Source of the DNA: the human T2T-CHM13v2.0 reference genome, Homo sapiens
Length of the DNA stretch: 64,000 bases
Direction: 5' to 3' (one strand)
Assembly (NCBI RefSeq): GCF_009914755.1
Contig: NC_060928.1
The position numbers were made by a program, and so were the translations under genes. This document shows positions 1 through 19,768 of the stretch, piece after piece. Position 1 is the first letter of the stretch. Each line of letters begins with the position of its first letter. The notes below the pieces were generated by a model that was not told the origin of the DNA, searched no databases, and was given only the letters and a program-made list of their open reading frames with translations.

Positions 1-261
1 GGTTGCTAACCTGTTCCCTTCAACTCCATCAACTCACTCTGGGTCCTCACTTGGGTAAGAATAGACCAGCTCTGATGGCCCTTGGCTTGAATTTATTGAA
101 AGGGTATAGACTAAGGTCAGCTAATTCCATTTAATGGGAAAAAAGAGCTTATTGAACATATGACCACATACTAGGTAATGTAATGTGCTAGGTACCAAGC
201 TATTACTGAATGTTAATGATACCTTCTATAAATGACAAGGTGTGGGATGTGTTTGGACTGC

Positions 262-1848
<1,587 letters not shown>

Positions 1849-2164
1849 AAATAATATAATATAATATAAAGGAAAGGAAGAATGAAAGGGAAGGAGAAAG
1901 AGATGGTACCAAAGAGGATGGGATGAAATTCAGGCTCGGGCATCAGCTGCAACATGGAGCCCCTTGGGTCTCTCCTCCCTAGCAAACTAGTAGTTTTGTT
2001 GGGGTTCCAGATGACATTTCTCTTCCACAACTGCTTCTACTTAATTTGTTCCCTAAGTCTGTTGTTATTTGTGATTATAAAAAAGAAAAGCTGGAAATTA
2101 TGGAACAATTGAAAGAAGAAATAATCACACAAAACCCTTCCATCAAAATACAACTACTGTTAGC

Positions 2165-2312
2165 AGATTTTGAATGTCCTCAACACAAAGAAATGATAAC
2201 TGTTTGAGGTGATAGATACGCTAATTACCCTAATTTGATCATTATACATTGTATACATGTATTGAAATGTCATATTGTATCCCATAAATATGTACGATTA
2301 TGTGCCAATTTA
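2165..2312 (+). mobile_element. L1MA-type 3' end fragment
   Basis: cacaaagaaatgataactgtttgaggtgatagatacgctaattaccctaatttgatcatt resembles the L1MA 3' UTR terminus. Confidence 0.75.
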
Positions 2313-3429
2313 AACAATTTTATATATATACATATACATATATATCTACTCTTAGTTTATATCTTACTACATTTCCTTCTAAGCTTTTTCCTGTGTAAAT
2401 ATTTTAAACTTAGCTGGGATCATTCAGTAATTTCATATCTTGATTTATTCCTTTTTTACCATCATTTTTAATTTCTGTCATATACTAACATTATTTTGAG
2501 GTACATGATCTCATCATACTCAATGTAAAATTCTCAGTTAAATAAAGTGAGATTTTACTGCCAACTGGTATTAAATTTTCATGTTTTTCACATTGATTCT
2601 GTGAGAAGAGAATGTTAAAATTCCAGTTCTTACAACTGACAAGAGGAAAGATTTTTACAGTTCCCTCTGTCAAATATTTTTTAAACTGCAAAGAATCAAT
2701 ACAACATATGATTGTGTTTCTTTATAAAGCTGAGCAAATGCCATTATTCTCTGAGTATTTTCCCCTCCTAGGTCCCTCTAGATTACGATCACTGGGAGAA
2801 TAAATGAATAGCCATTAACCCCAAAAGTGAACAATTATCTTGAACTATAAGGGAGGTGAAAATATCCAAATAGAAAGAAATTTGAATCAGGCTTTTTACT
2901 TAATATACACATAATGTTGTCTTCATCTAGTATATAAGACCATTCCATAAAGAGTTCTGTAGATTAATACAGTATGGAAGTAGTCTTAGTTATATAGCTG
3001 AAGGGAGTGACAAAAGATTTAAGAGAATATAGAATTTCTAAAACCAGCAAAAGGAACTATAGTATAGTGACTAGACTAGAGTTGCAGACCTGTTATGCTA
3101 TTTACTAGCTATGTGACCAAAAGTGATCAAAAAACAAAACAAAACAAATAAACAAAACCCTATTCCCATAGGTTAGAGGTGGGTATTTTTAAGTATCAAT
3201 CATAATTCAATTTAATCCTTACACCAATGCTATTAGGTTGGCAAGTTGCTTACCTAGTTTTTATCCTCCCTTCTATTGAGAGAATATGTCCATATCAAAA
3301 CAAAACAAGAAAATAATTCATTTCCCAGGCACTCTGGCAGCTAAGAATGGACACAGTTCTTAACAAAATAGGTGGAAGTTGAAAGATGGAGATTCCTGGA
3401 AAGCTTTTCATACAGGAGGCAGACTGGCA

Positions 3430-4860
<1,431 letters not shown>

Positions 4861-6298
4861 TAGAAGAATGGGAAAGGCACACTCATTTGTAGATACTTTT
4901 TCCCCTTCACCTTTGCCCCTTTTCTTGCCCAGAATAAGAAATGTGATGCTGGAGATAGAACAGTCAGCCTGTAACCTCAGGCCAAGGATGCCTGCACAGA
5001 AAAATTCCAGCTTGCATCCAAGCTGGCATCCTACAGCCTCTGTTGTTAGTCCTGCACTGCCTACCTCCTAATTTATTCAAGACACTCTTTAGTTTGGTGT
5101 TCTATTGCAGCACGTGGTAATCCAATTGATACAGCAAAATTAAATAATTTGCCCAAGGTTACAGCAGTCCAAAAGTGGCAACATCTGTCTAGGTTTGCAA
5201 AGAAAACATGCTTTTCTGGTCTGTATCATGCTGAAGTCTAGGCTTCTCTCTCTGTGAAACAGGAATAAGAATTTCTAGCAGTCCAGAACGAAAAACACAC
5301 AGAAGACTGCCTATGGCAGGGCCTGGCACAGAGGACAGAGGCTCAAATGTTTGCCGAATCAATAATTCAAGAAACCAAGCACATCTGTTTTCAGTATTCT
5401 GGTATACTGAGCTATTTTAAGTACTGAAGGAAAAAAAAACTGTATTTATGTGGGTGCAATACTCTAGCTGCTGCAGATATTAGTCAGCAATTTCATTCAG
5501 TTTCTTGGATCTCTCTCACACTCGATCCTCACTGTATCCTTCACAGAAATCCTTCTACCCTCTCTTTGTCCATCAGCTCCTGCAACTCATGTCCCCATCA
5601 AAGGGGCAGAGTATGGATCCCATGTGAAAAGCTCTCTGAACACAGTGGCTTACTCAGCTGGGGCAGGCAAGTGTTAGACCACAAGAAGGACCATCCTTCC
5701 CAGGTTGTCAGAAAAAAATCAAAACTGCTGCACCAGGAAGGCCTAGCCTCTGGCCAGAGCTAAGCAGCTATCCAGAGGCTGAGGCTCAAAAAGCTTCATG
5801 CAACAGAGTTAAAGGTGCAGGAAAGAAGACACTGAAAGCTAATCAACCCATCAGCCATGCCCCGGGGCTTTTCTGAAGTTGATAGCAATCACTAATATAT
5901 GTTAAAATGAAATGTGTTAAATACTTCCTTTCACTGATTGGTTTTAAATGGGACAAATTACGAACTTTTTAAAAAACAAAGATCCTGGTATTTATTACAC
6001 CATAAATACCAAAATACCAGTATAGTCATTTTTCTCTGACCCAGATACTAGAACGAGACCTAGATAGCAGCACCCTCACATGAAGGAGACCGGCTGCTGC
6101 AATAACCTATACAGACCTTAGATTCTGAGCTTTTTAGGAGTCAATACTCACATACTTGGGAAAGAGAGAGCACATCTAGGACTAGGGTCTAGGTCACTTT
6201 GGGTCACAGACTTTGTGCCCCTGTCCTGAAAAGGTCATGTGTGTAGGTATTGGAGGTGGGGAGAGGGCAGTGGGAAGGGCAAGTTGGAGCTTTTCTAG

Positions 6299-6970
<672 letters not shown>

Positions 6971-7288
6971 TAGTATGGTGTTTGTGCGATCCTGTAAGGA
7001 AGCATCAGGGGACAGAGGCCAAACAGAAGACTTCTCTTCTTTGCCTCTTTGTACTTACAATCTTCTCATCTTCCATCCCTCTGCCCATGGACTCCTAAGC
7101 TACTGGCAGAAAATTATGTCCACACCCAACTACCTCTCCTTTTCCCAAACCACCTGCCTATGCCAGTTCTGGACCCTCCACATAACATCTGCAGGTTACT
7201 GAGCCCATCCTGATTATCTCCCTAGTGTATTTGTCAATCACAGGCCATTGGCATCTTAAAGTCAACTTCATTAAAAAACTGGAATTAT

Positions 7289-8300
7289 GGCCGGGCATGG
7301 TGACTCATGCCTGTAATCTCAGCACTTTGGGAGGTTGAGGCGGGTGGGTCTCCAGGAGTTTGAGAGCAGCCTGGGCAAGACGGTGAAACCCCATCTCTAC
7401 AATAAAATAAAATAAAAATTAGCTGGGTGTGGTAGTGCACACCTGTAGTCCCAGCTACGCAGGAGGCTGAGATGGGAGGATCGCTTGAGCCTGGGAGAAG
7501 GGGGTTGCAGAGAGGGGACCTTGGAAGTGTGGGCTGACTTTGGAAAGTTTTGGTCCAGGTCAGCTACCATCTGCTGGCCTGGAGGCCCAGTCTGATCTCA
7601 AGAGACAACTCTGTCACTCCCTCCTGCCACAAATACTTGCTTGGGGCATAGCCTCAGGCAAATGACAGAGATCAGCTGCCAACTACTCTAAAATCATAGC
7701 TTGCTGGGAAGTTGGCAATGACTCCATTAAAATCATCTTAAGCTTACATGGAATCTTGGCATCACCCAATGCGAACTTCAAAGGCTTTGGTCTAGCTATT
7801 GAATGGGACAGTAAAGACTGCAACCCTACCCTGGCTATTCAGGACATACTTGTTCAGCTGGCTTGAGGTGTTGGGGGAGAGACAATGGTGTTGGGAGGTA
7901 ACAGTCAAATTCTCCACAAGAAACAGTGCTAGGGCCTGGATCTGATAAACTTGTCCCTCGATAAACAGTTTTATAAAAAGTCCTTTGGCCAGGCGTGGTG
8001 GCTCATGCCTGTAATCCCAGCACTTTGGGAGGCTGAGGCGGGTGGGTCACGAGGTAAGGAGATCAAGACCATCCTGGCCAACATGGTGAAACCCCGTCTC
8101 TACTAAAAATACAAAAATTAGCTGGGTGTGCTGGCACGCACCTATAATCCCAGCTACTTGGGAGGCTGAGGCAGAATAGCTTGAACCTGGGAGGCAGAGA
8201 TTGTAGTGAGCCAAGGTAGCATCACTGCACTCCAGCCTGGAGACAGAATGAGACTCCGTCGCAAAAAAAAAATTACAAATAAAATAAATAAATAAATAAA
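7289..8300 (+). mobile_element. 3'-truncated AluJ-like (7289-7510) and full AluS (7987-8300)
   Basis: Alu consensus; TSD ataaaaagtccttt around the second. Confidence 0.88.
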
Positions 8301-8719
8301 AATAAAAAGTCCTTTGGAAATGAAAATGGGATTTCCTAATTTAGGTGTTTCTTCTTTCTTTCTTTCTTTTTTTTTTTTAGGTGTTTCATAAGTAATTCTG
8401 CTTATTGTATTTTCTTAAAAATGGAAACACACCTGGGTTATACTTTCTTTAAAAAAAGGGTATAGATTTGCTTGCTGATTTAAGTACAATGCAATGTCAA
8501 ATTACGTTTATTAAATAATGTAACATGATCTTTTGAATCTTTGCAGAGAGGCAGAACTTATGCTAGCATACACTAGTGATAAGGCTGGAAAAATAATTTC
8601 AAAAAAAACTGGCAAGCAGTTTAAGTACGTTAGGGGATACAGTGAGCATGTATTGTTTTTCTTATCCTGATAAACATTCTCCTGGCATACTATTCCAGAT
8701 TTCCTAGGAGAAATGTGAA

Positions 8720-9150
8720 TGTCCCTGTTCCCCAGCTCCTATGCCATATGCTTTGAGATGAGATGAAGACTTCTACTCCTTGCTTTAGAGGTGGGAATGT
8801 GACTCAAGGCCAATCAGAACATCTCAAACCTTAAACTACAGGAATTAGCTCACCACATAGGCATGCGACCCTATCAGGTAAAATGAGTCACAAGGAGACT
8901 TTTGCTGGGACTCTTAGGAGAGAGGTTGGGAGTCTTTGATGAACTTGGGCCTAGGATACTAGGACTATAGGTCCTGGCAGCCATCTTGCCCCGCATGGAG
9001 CTAGAGAAAAAAAAACAAAAACAGTTAAGGAGAGCAGAGTCCAGAAATAGTGAAAACCCAGATAACAGGGAAATTGGCTTGATACCCCAGATTAAGCCTC
9101 ATCTGAAGTAACAGACTTCTCAGTAACATGAGCTAGTAGGGCTGGAGTTG
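8720..9150 (+). mobile_element. Ancient ERVL/MaLR-type solo LTR (LTR16-like)
   Basis: Motifs ccaatcagaa, ggcagccatcttg, ctcagtaacatgagc resemble old LTR16/MLT1 families; subfamily uncertain. Confidence 0.5.
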
Positions 9151-9206
9151 AAGACTTACAGGGTAATATCTTTAAACGTTCAGTTGTTAAGAAATTGATA
9201 ATACCG

Positions 9207-9567
<361 letters not shown>

Positions 9568-9726
9568 CTAAGTAATATGAACGTTACAGATATTATCTAA
9601 TAAAATCCCAAAAACAACCACAGGAGGCAACAATTACCATTCCTTTAAAAAAAAGTAAAGCAGGAACTCTGGGCTCTATAGCATGTGAGACACCTCAACT
9701 ATTCCAAGTCCTTACCTTGGTCTCAT

Positions 9727-11675
<1,949 letters not shown>

Positions 11676-12432
11676 TCTTTAAAAACCTATATACGATACT
11701 GAAGGGGCTTATAACCTACCAAAATAATAAATAAATAAAAACCTATATATGATAGATTTCAAATACAAATGATCATTTATATTTATCCTCCCAAGCAGGC
11801 ATAGACAACATTCCACCTTACTACCACCCCAACTAAAAAACAATCTTATGCAATTATATTTCGTTGTTTTTGCGAGTTTTCCACTAGAAAGTTAAGTGGG
11901 CCACTGAAAAAAGCAATTTGAAAAAATGAATTTCAAACCAATGAATTTTGTTCGTTGATCTATTGTCAGGTTTGGTTTAGAAAAAGATCACTCTTAATTT
12001 TGATTATATGTATTTTAATGATTCATAGGACTCTTATCCTGAATGCTTAGATTTATGAAAGCCAGAAGTATTAACAGTGCAAGTCAGGCCGTCACAATTT
12101 GTTCAAGTTTTCTCTTCCTTTATTAACTCAGGTAGTTCCTGAGCATCTACCATATTAAAGGAATTATACTAGATGATTAAAGGATGCAAACAGGAATACA
12201 ACACAGTCCCTGACTTTTCTCCCTCTACAAAATCAGTAGAAGTGGATTAATATGTAACTCTTCCTCTGAAATAAGGAGTCTATTTCATGGTTGTTCTGTA
12301 GTGACAATGCCTCGGGGATCCCACCTTCATCACCTTTGCACCCAACTGTCCATCACTCCTGTGCAGGGGATGCTGCTGGGGAAGAAAACAGGTCAAATGC
12401 AGGGAAAATTCATAGTAAGCTGTTACTACTAC

Positions 12433-12498
12433 ACTCACGAAAGTATAGTAACCTACTTTACTCACTGAAGTACAGTAACCTACTGTACCCACCAAAGT
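12433..12498. repeat. 27-bp tandem repeat, about 2.4 copies
   Basis: actcacgaaagtatagtaacctacttt / actcactgaagtacagtaacctactgt / acccaccaaagt. Confidence 0.8.
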
Positions 12499-13019
12499 TT
12501 AAAACAAAACAGGACATTTGACAAGGCTGGTGCCTTTAAACAACTTTGCTAAAATGTCAAGGCACTCTTTTTAATTATTAAATAAGAGGAGTAATAGACA
12601 TTTGTGGCCCACTCCGTCTATGAGCCTCATTCCTGATGATGGGGTAGAGTGAGTTTCAGGGACAAGGTGAAGTGAGGTTCAGGGAGGGGTGAGGCTTAGG
12701 GGCTTAAGTGAAGTTCTTTGCATGCATTTCTTAGTAACAAAAATGCTGAGTAATTTACTGGTTACTTTTTTTAGGCTGCAACAAAATGCTCCCATGGAAA
12801 ATGTCTACGGTAAAATGTCAAGTGTATAGCTTTAAAGCAGAGGACAATGCTTAGCGCACAGTATTTTTGGCAGTATGACCCCACCATTCTCCAAGTTGCC
12901 CAGGCTTAAAATGTTGGCACTAGGAAACACATAGCTTATGATGTCTTCCCTACAATTTCACTTTACAGATTAAAAAAAGGGAACCTCCTCTTAGTATAAT
13001 ATTCATATATTCTTTCAAT

Positions 13020-13910
13020 AATTTATTCATTTATCCATCAATATCACCTTTTATGAGACAGTGGTAAGCAACAGAGATATAAAATGAATAACATAGTCCT
13101 GCCCTTAACAGTTTGGTTTAGCAAGCATTTATTCAATGTACACCATATACAGTATCAATAACTGCAAAGTGCTAACATATAGATGTGTACCTACATTTTA
13201 GGGAAAGCTTTCAAGAATGATGTCAGAGTTGAGCCTTAAGGAATTAGCAGGAGTTTGCTTGATGAAGAGAAAGGAAGGGAAGGGCATATCCAGGTCTGAG
13301 AAAAATGCCCAGAGTATGTGGGGGAGGCAGGAGCTGAAAAAGTAGGCAGGAGCTAAATCATAACAGGCCTGTATGACAAACTAAGGAGTTTGCACTTTAT
13401 TCTGGACAGAATGGGGAACAACTGGAGGATTTTAAGAGGAATGACATGAACAGATGTTTTGTTGTTGTTAGTCTCACCCAAGGATGGACTGGAGATTGGA
13501 CTGGAAGGAAGCCAGGGCTGAATGCAGACAAACTAATTAGGAGGCTGTTGCTGTCATCTCAATGAGAAATGATGAGAAGAACATAATCTATGTCACAGGC
13601 ACAGAGGATGGAGAGCAGAACACCTATTTGAGAAATATTCTATAAATAGAAATGATAGGACATGACTATTGATTGGACATGTGTGGGTGGAAAGCCAGAG
13701 TCTAAGATTCTTCCCAGCTTCCTCTGTCTAGCTTAGGCAATTATTTGGACAGTGGTACTACTGAGCACGGCACGCACACAGTAGAAGCAGCATATTGACT
13801 TTTTTTCTTTAAGGGAGGCAGGGAAAGATGACGAGTTCAATTTTAAATGCTGAATCTGAGACCTGTGGGGAATCCAAGGGGAGAGGTGCATGAGTCAGTT
13901 AGCTAACTAG
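13020..13910 (-). mobile_element. L2 LINE fragment
   Basis: Starts with the ttcatttatcc-type L2 tail; contains taaggagtttgcactttattct, ttaggaggctgttgc, gatgacgagttcaatttt typical of antisense L2. Confidence 0.75.
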
Positions 13911-14403
13911 ACCTGTGCTTTTTAGCCTCAAGAAATTTACAAGACTATTCCAGAAGCATGTGTACTGACAACCTCACTGCCAAAGGAACAGGCATACCAA
14001 TTAGAGAAAATGACAATTTTTCATGTTAAAAAAAAAAAAACTGAAAACACAGGGGTTGAGAGTTAATAACGAAACATTATGTTACTCGCCAAACTGACAC
14101 AGCAGAACAATGTATTTCTCTAGTAAGCTAAATGTAGGGTTTGATGGGTTTCCTCCTGACGACACTTGAAAATAGAGGTGTACCTGGTGTTTAGATCTAG
14201 GAATTCCTTTCAGCAGGTTTGAAGAGCAAGAGCTGAGAAATGCGCCCTCCAGTGGCAGTGGAATGAGGGGTGTCTAGTAACCCTTTTTACCACCAAACAA
14301 AGCCCTGTAAAGAAATGCAATTTACCGGGATCAGAAAGCCACAATGCTGGTACCAGTAAACCGTCAAACCAAGCGAACCCTCTCAGGCGCCAGGAAGCCT
14401 TAC

Positions 14404-14650
14404 CTGTCACGTTGGCCAAAGGAAAATTTCACTTTCGACTCAACAAAATAAGACCTCAGATTTGATAGCTTGCAGTAAGTCCCGCTTGGCGACGATTAAA
14501 CACCCTGCAAGTCGAAACGCGTAGTCTAATCAAATCCTCTCCAGCCTGCAGGGCCGGGCTTCCACCACGTGGGTGGCTGCGGCCAGCAGGATCAATCCGC
14601 GAAGGGTGGGGGTAGGAGGCGTGCCCCTGCGGTGGGAGGCGGGGTCTGCG
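14404..14650 (-). other. Putative non-coding first exon of a divergent transcript (likely a distal G3BP2 5' exon); upstream boundary uncertain
   Basis: Strong minus-strand donor CAG|GTAAGG (plus strand ccttac|ctg, 14398-14406) at the left edge of the CpG island. G3BP2 lying head-to-head with USO1 is from recall, not visible in this window. Confidence 0.5.
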
Positions 14651-14750
14651 CAGTGGGTGGGGCTTCGGCGGAACCTAGCTAAGAGGTTCCTCTCGCCTCC
14701 GCTCCCCTTTTGCCTTCAACCTTCGAGCCGCCACGTAATGCCACGTCCCC

Positions 14751-14761
14751 GCGCATGCGCA
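14751..14761. promoter_or_regulatory. NRF1 consensus site
   Basis: GCGCATGCGCA matches the established YGCGCAYGCGCR motif. Confidence 0.75.
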
Positions 14762-14947
14762 TCTTGGCCGCTGCTGGCGGCTGTTTCCGGGCTTAGAGGG
14801 CTGGAGTGGCCGCCGAGTTGGAGGCGGTGGTGGCAGCAGTAGGAGTGTGTAGAGTGCGGGATTGGGGCCCAGGCCCTGCGGAGGGCGGGGGAAGTTGTCT
14901 TCTTTTTTTTCCGGAGGGGCCGGTAAACCTGGTGGCTGAACGGCAAG

Positions 14948-15013
14948 ATGAATTTCCTCCGCGGGGTAATGGGGGGTCAGAGTGCCGGACCCCAGCACAC
15001 AGAAGCCGAGACG
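14948..15013 (+). CDS. USO1: USO1/p115 coding exon 1 (MNFLRGVMGGQSAGPQHTEAET), 66 nt, phase 0
   Basis: ATG in gcaagATGa context inside a CpG island, with in-frame upstream TAA at 14924. The peptide matches the p115 N-terminus as I recall it. Donor ACG|gtgaga at 15014. Confidence 0.97.
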
Positions 15014-16127
15014 GTGAGAGGAGCAGCGGGTCTGGGACTTGGGAAGGGGTCCGGGCAGGGACGGGGACGGAGCACTCGGAGACCCGAAGGTCACCTCCAG
15101 CGTCCCACCATGGAGGGGGCATCCACATGCCGCCTCCCCCTTTGCCCTCCTTCCGCTCCTGAAATCCCAGAGTTATTCAATCACGCCCCCAGCTCAGTCC
15201 CCATTGCTGCCGTTCGGCCGGACTGACGGCGGCCGCGCCCCGCAGCTCTGTAGGCCCTGAAGCTCGGGCTAGGAGAGTGGTCCGCAGGTGGTACCGCACG
15301 GGAAGGGACGGATGCGCGGCCGAGCTGGCCCGAACTGCCTCCCACGCCCCTCGGGGCCGTGGGCCCCTCCCTCTTTCTCTTTCGCTCGTCTGCACTGGCC
15401 GAGAGGAGCCTGAAGTCCTGCTCCCTCCCTCGCAGTCTGAAACTGGGGCGTTGGGGAAAACTGCGAGAAGGTTTAAAACCCAGCTGTTGGTGAGAGCATT
15501 TGGCTAAGAATAAAACGATATTCTTTGAAGGACAAATCCACCTGCTCCTGTCCCATCAACTGGAAGAGCGGTCGTTCTGCCTGGTGTTATTTGTTCAGAT
15601 CCGGCTTTTCGGGCTCACCCAAATATATATCATTTGGCAAATGCTACCTTGAACGTAGTAGGGATCTTAAGCGCTCAAACTGCTTTGGGGACACGTCCAC
15701 CGCTTTCTGCCTGAACTCCTAATGACATGATTTGCGGCGTTATTTAAAAAAAAAAAAAAATGGTTAGCCGCTGAAAACATTATTTAATAGTTGCTTAGAT
15801 TCTAGGTTTAGAATACACTTATTTTGAAGTTTGGTTAGTGTTTAATGGAATCGAGGGTGTATGCCTTTTTGAAATAAACTTTTTATTTGAGAAGAATTTT
15901 AGATCTACATAAAAGAGACTAAGTATAACACTTTAATGGCTAACTTTGTTAATGGGATCCTGAGGGATAATATAGTAGCTTTCATTTGTCAGGCTCTTAC
16001 CTTGTGCTAGGTTCTGTGCTGAGCTCTTTATATTCCACATTATGCTTTAATCGTTAACTACCCTGCAAGATAGGTGAGAGTATTCTCACCTTAAAAGTCA
16101 AAAAATGAGACTGAGAGGGGTGAAGTA

Positions 16128-16710
<583 letters not shown>

Positions 16711-18474
16711 AACTGCGCAGGTCTGGTTAGAATTGTTTAAAGCATAAGATGAAAGCCGGTAAATCTGTTTCTTTCATTTGAAAATCACTTTTCTGTCTCT
16801 CACTGTAACACACGCACACATTTGGCTTCACTCATCCATTCCCACTTGGCAACAAGGCAGCCTGAGCTACCCTACTAGAAGATCATGTTCTGTCTAGATT
16901 ACCAGAGTCATACCATAATCACAGCCCACCACTTTTTTGTCTGATATTTGTGTTTGTGGCACCAGGTTATGAAATATGGTTTATTACAGCTTGCTTTGTG
17001 GAGTTAGACTTTGATTTGAATCCTGGCTTTCCACCCCTGATTGGATTGGATATGTAAGAGATAGCTAATACCCTCTAAGTAAAATGAGGAAAATGCCTGC
17101 TTTTTAGGATGTAATGAAGATTAAGTGAAATAAGTAGAAAGAGCCTGGCACTTAGTAGATGTATAATGAGAGGTAATTTTTACTATGTGTGGGTTGAACG
17201 AAGAATACCCTTTCCTGTTTTTGTTATTATTGGCCTTGTCACAGTGACTTCTGTAGAAAAGATGGAATAGAATTCACAGTGTATAGGATTTTAAAGCTAG
17301 AAAGTCCCAGATAGAGCCTCTTCATTTTATAGTCACAGAGCACTAAAGTAGCTTGCACAAGGTTGAAGAGTTGGAGCTAGAACATTTTGATCTTGCCACT
17401 GTGGATGGAACAACATAGTTTTTATATCACAATTTCAAAGTGAAACTTGAGTATCACTTGCGTATGTTGTATATATAAACTGAAAGGGTCCTTTCTTGTT
17501 CTTGCCTAACTTTGAGTATGTACATTTAAAATTGGAAAAGTAATTTGTCTTCTATTTTTTCTTTTTAATCACCTCCACAATAAAGCAATTTGCCTTCTGA
17601 AAATTATTATTCTGAGGTACAGTATGAATAAAATTTGTTTCACTATTTCGTTCCACCAGGAAGTACAACAGGTAAAAGGGGTCATGGATTACTAATTTAG
17701 AAGTATTTATAGAGCATCAGTGGAGTGTATATACAATTTTAGATGTTTTAATTGATGATTTAGTCTGGCCAGGATATTTGAGTTACCAGAGCTTGGAACC
17801 CCTAGCTTCTATATTATCATTTATTATTTTGTAGTTTTTTCCATTTCTGCAAAATTAAATTTTTTTCATGGTGGCTTTCCATCTTTCTTGCTTTTTCTAA
17901 CATCTTTTTTCCAATGGAAGGGCTCTTTTCTTTGTCTGAATTAGACCTGTTATTTAAATTCATCATCAGCGCCTCCCCTAATCTGTACTTTCCCCCAGCA
18001 CGTTTCAGATGCTTTTTCCTTTCTGAGCTACCTTTACATTTTAACTACAGTGTGCATATATCTTATTCCTTCTAGACTCTTAAAGTGTCTTTAGGGCAGG
18101 GTTCATAATGTATTTTAATCTTTGTTTTTCCACAGTAGTAGATGCCCAGTAAATACTTGTGAAATGAATTAATTATAGTTTTATTTGAAAGAAATCACAG
18201 ATCTGTAATTATAGCAACTTACGTTACTAGGTACTAAAACACTTTTTAAAGACTAGAAACTGAAGTTCTCAAATGAAGTTCATTGTGTCAAGCTTTTTAC
18301 TTAAGGGATTTTTTCATATTTACTAAATGCTTTGACTGCTTTCTTGTTTTTTTTTTTCTTATTGAATTTAAGTATCTTTTAAATGTGTGAGAGTTATGTG
18401 ATTGATTGTATAGTATCTAGCTTTTCATACTCTTAGTTAAGAGTAACTTTGGACTGATATTAAGATGTTCTTCA

Positions 18475-19768
<1,294 letters not shown>

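Larger units (their letters stand above)
14480..15480. promoter_or_regulatory. CpG island / TATA-less promoter and first exon of USO1
   Basis: Sharp rise in GC and CpG. GC boxes (GGGAGGCGGGG 14634-14644, GGGTGGGGC), E-box CCACGTGG 14565-14572, GCCACGT at 14730 and 14740, NRF1 palindrome GCGCATGCGC 14751-14760. Confidence 0.92.

Noticed and set aside
7510-7930. Unassigned segment after a truncated Alu, considered as a pseudogene fragment
   Set aside because: The short open frame I read matches no protein I recognise; no poly-A or TSD. A Dfam/BLAST search is needed.
14924-14947. Possible CUG-initiated N-terminal extension (CTG at 14936)
   Set aside because: Poor context, and the in-frame TAA at 14924 limits any extension to a few residues.
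14948-15226. 92-aa ORF from the USO1 ATG reading into intron 1, with AATAAA at 15509
   Set aside because: Only the first 22 codons are p115; the rest is GC-rich intron read-through. Intronic polyadenylation cannot be supported from one hexamer.
14573-15507. Overlapping 70-139 aa ORFs on both strands of the CpG island
   Set aside because: Expected from stop-codon scarcity in GC-rich DNA; no recognisable protein.
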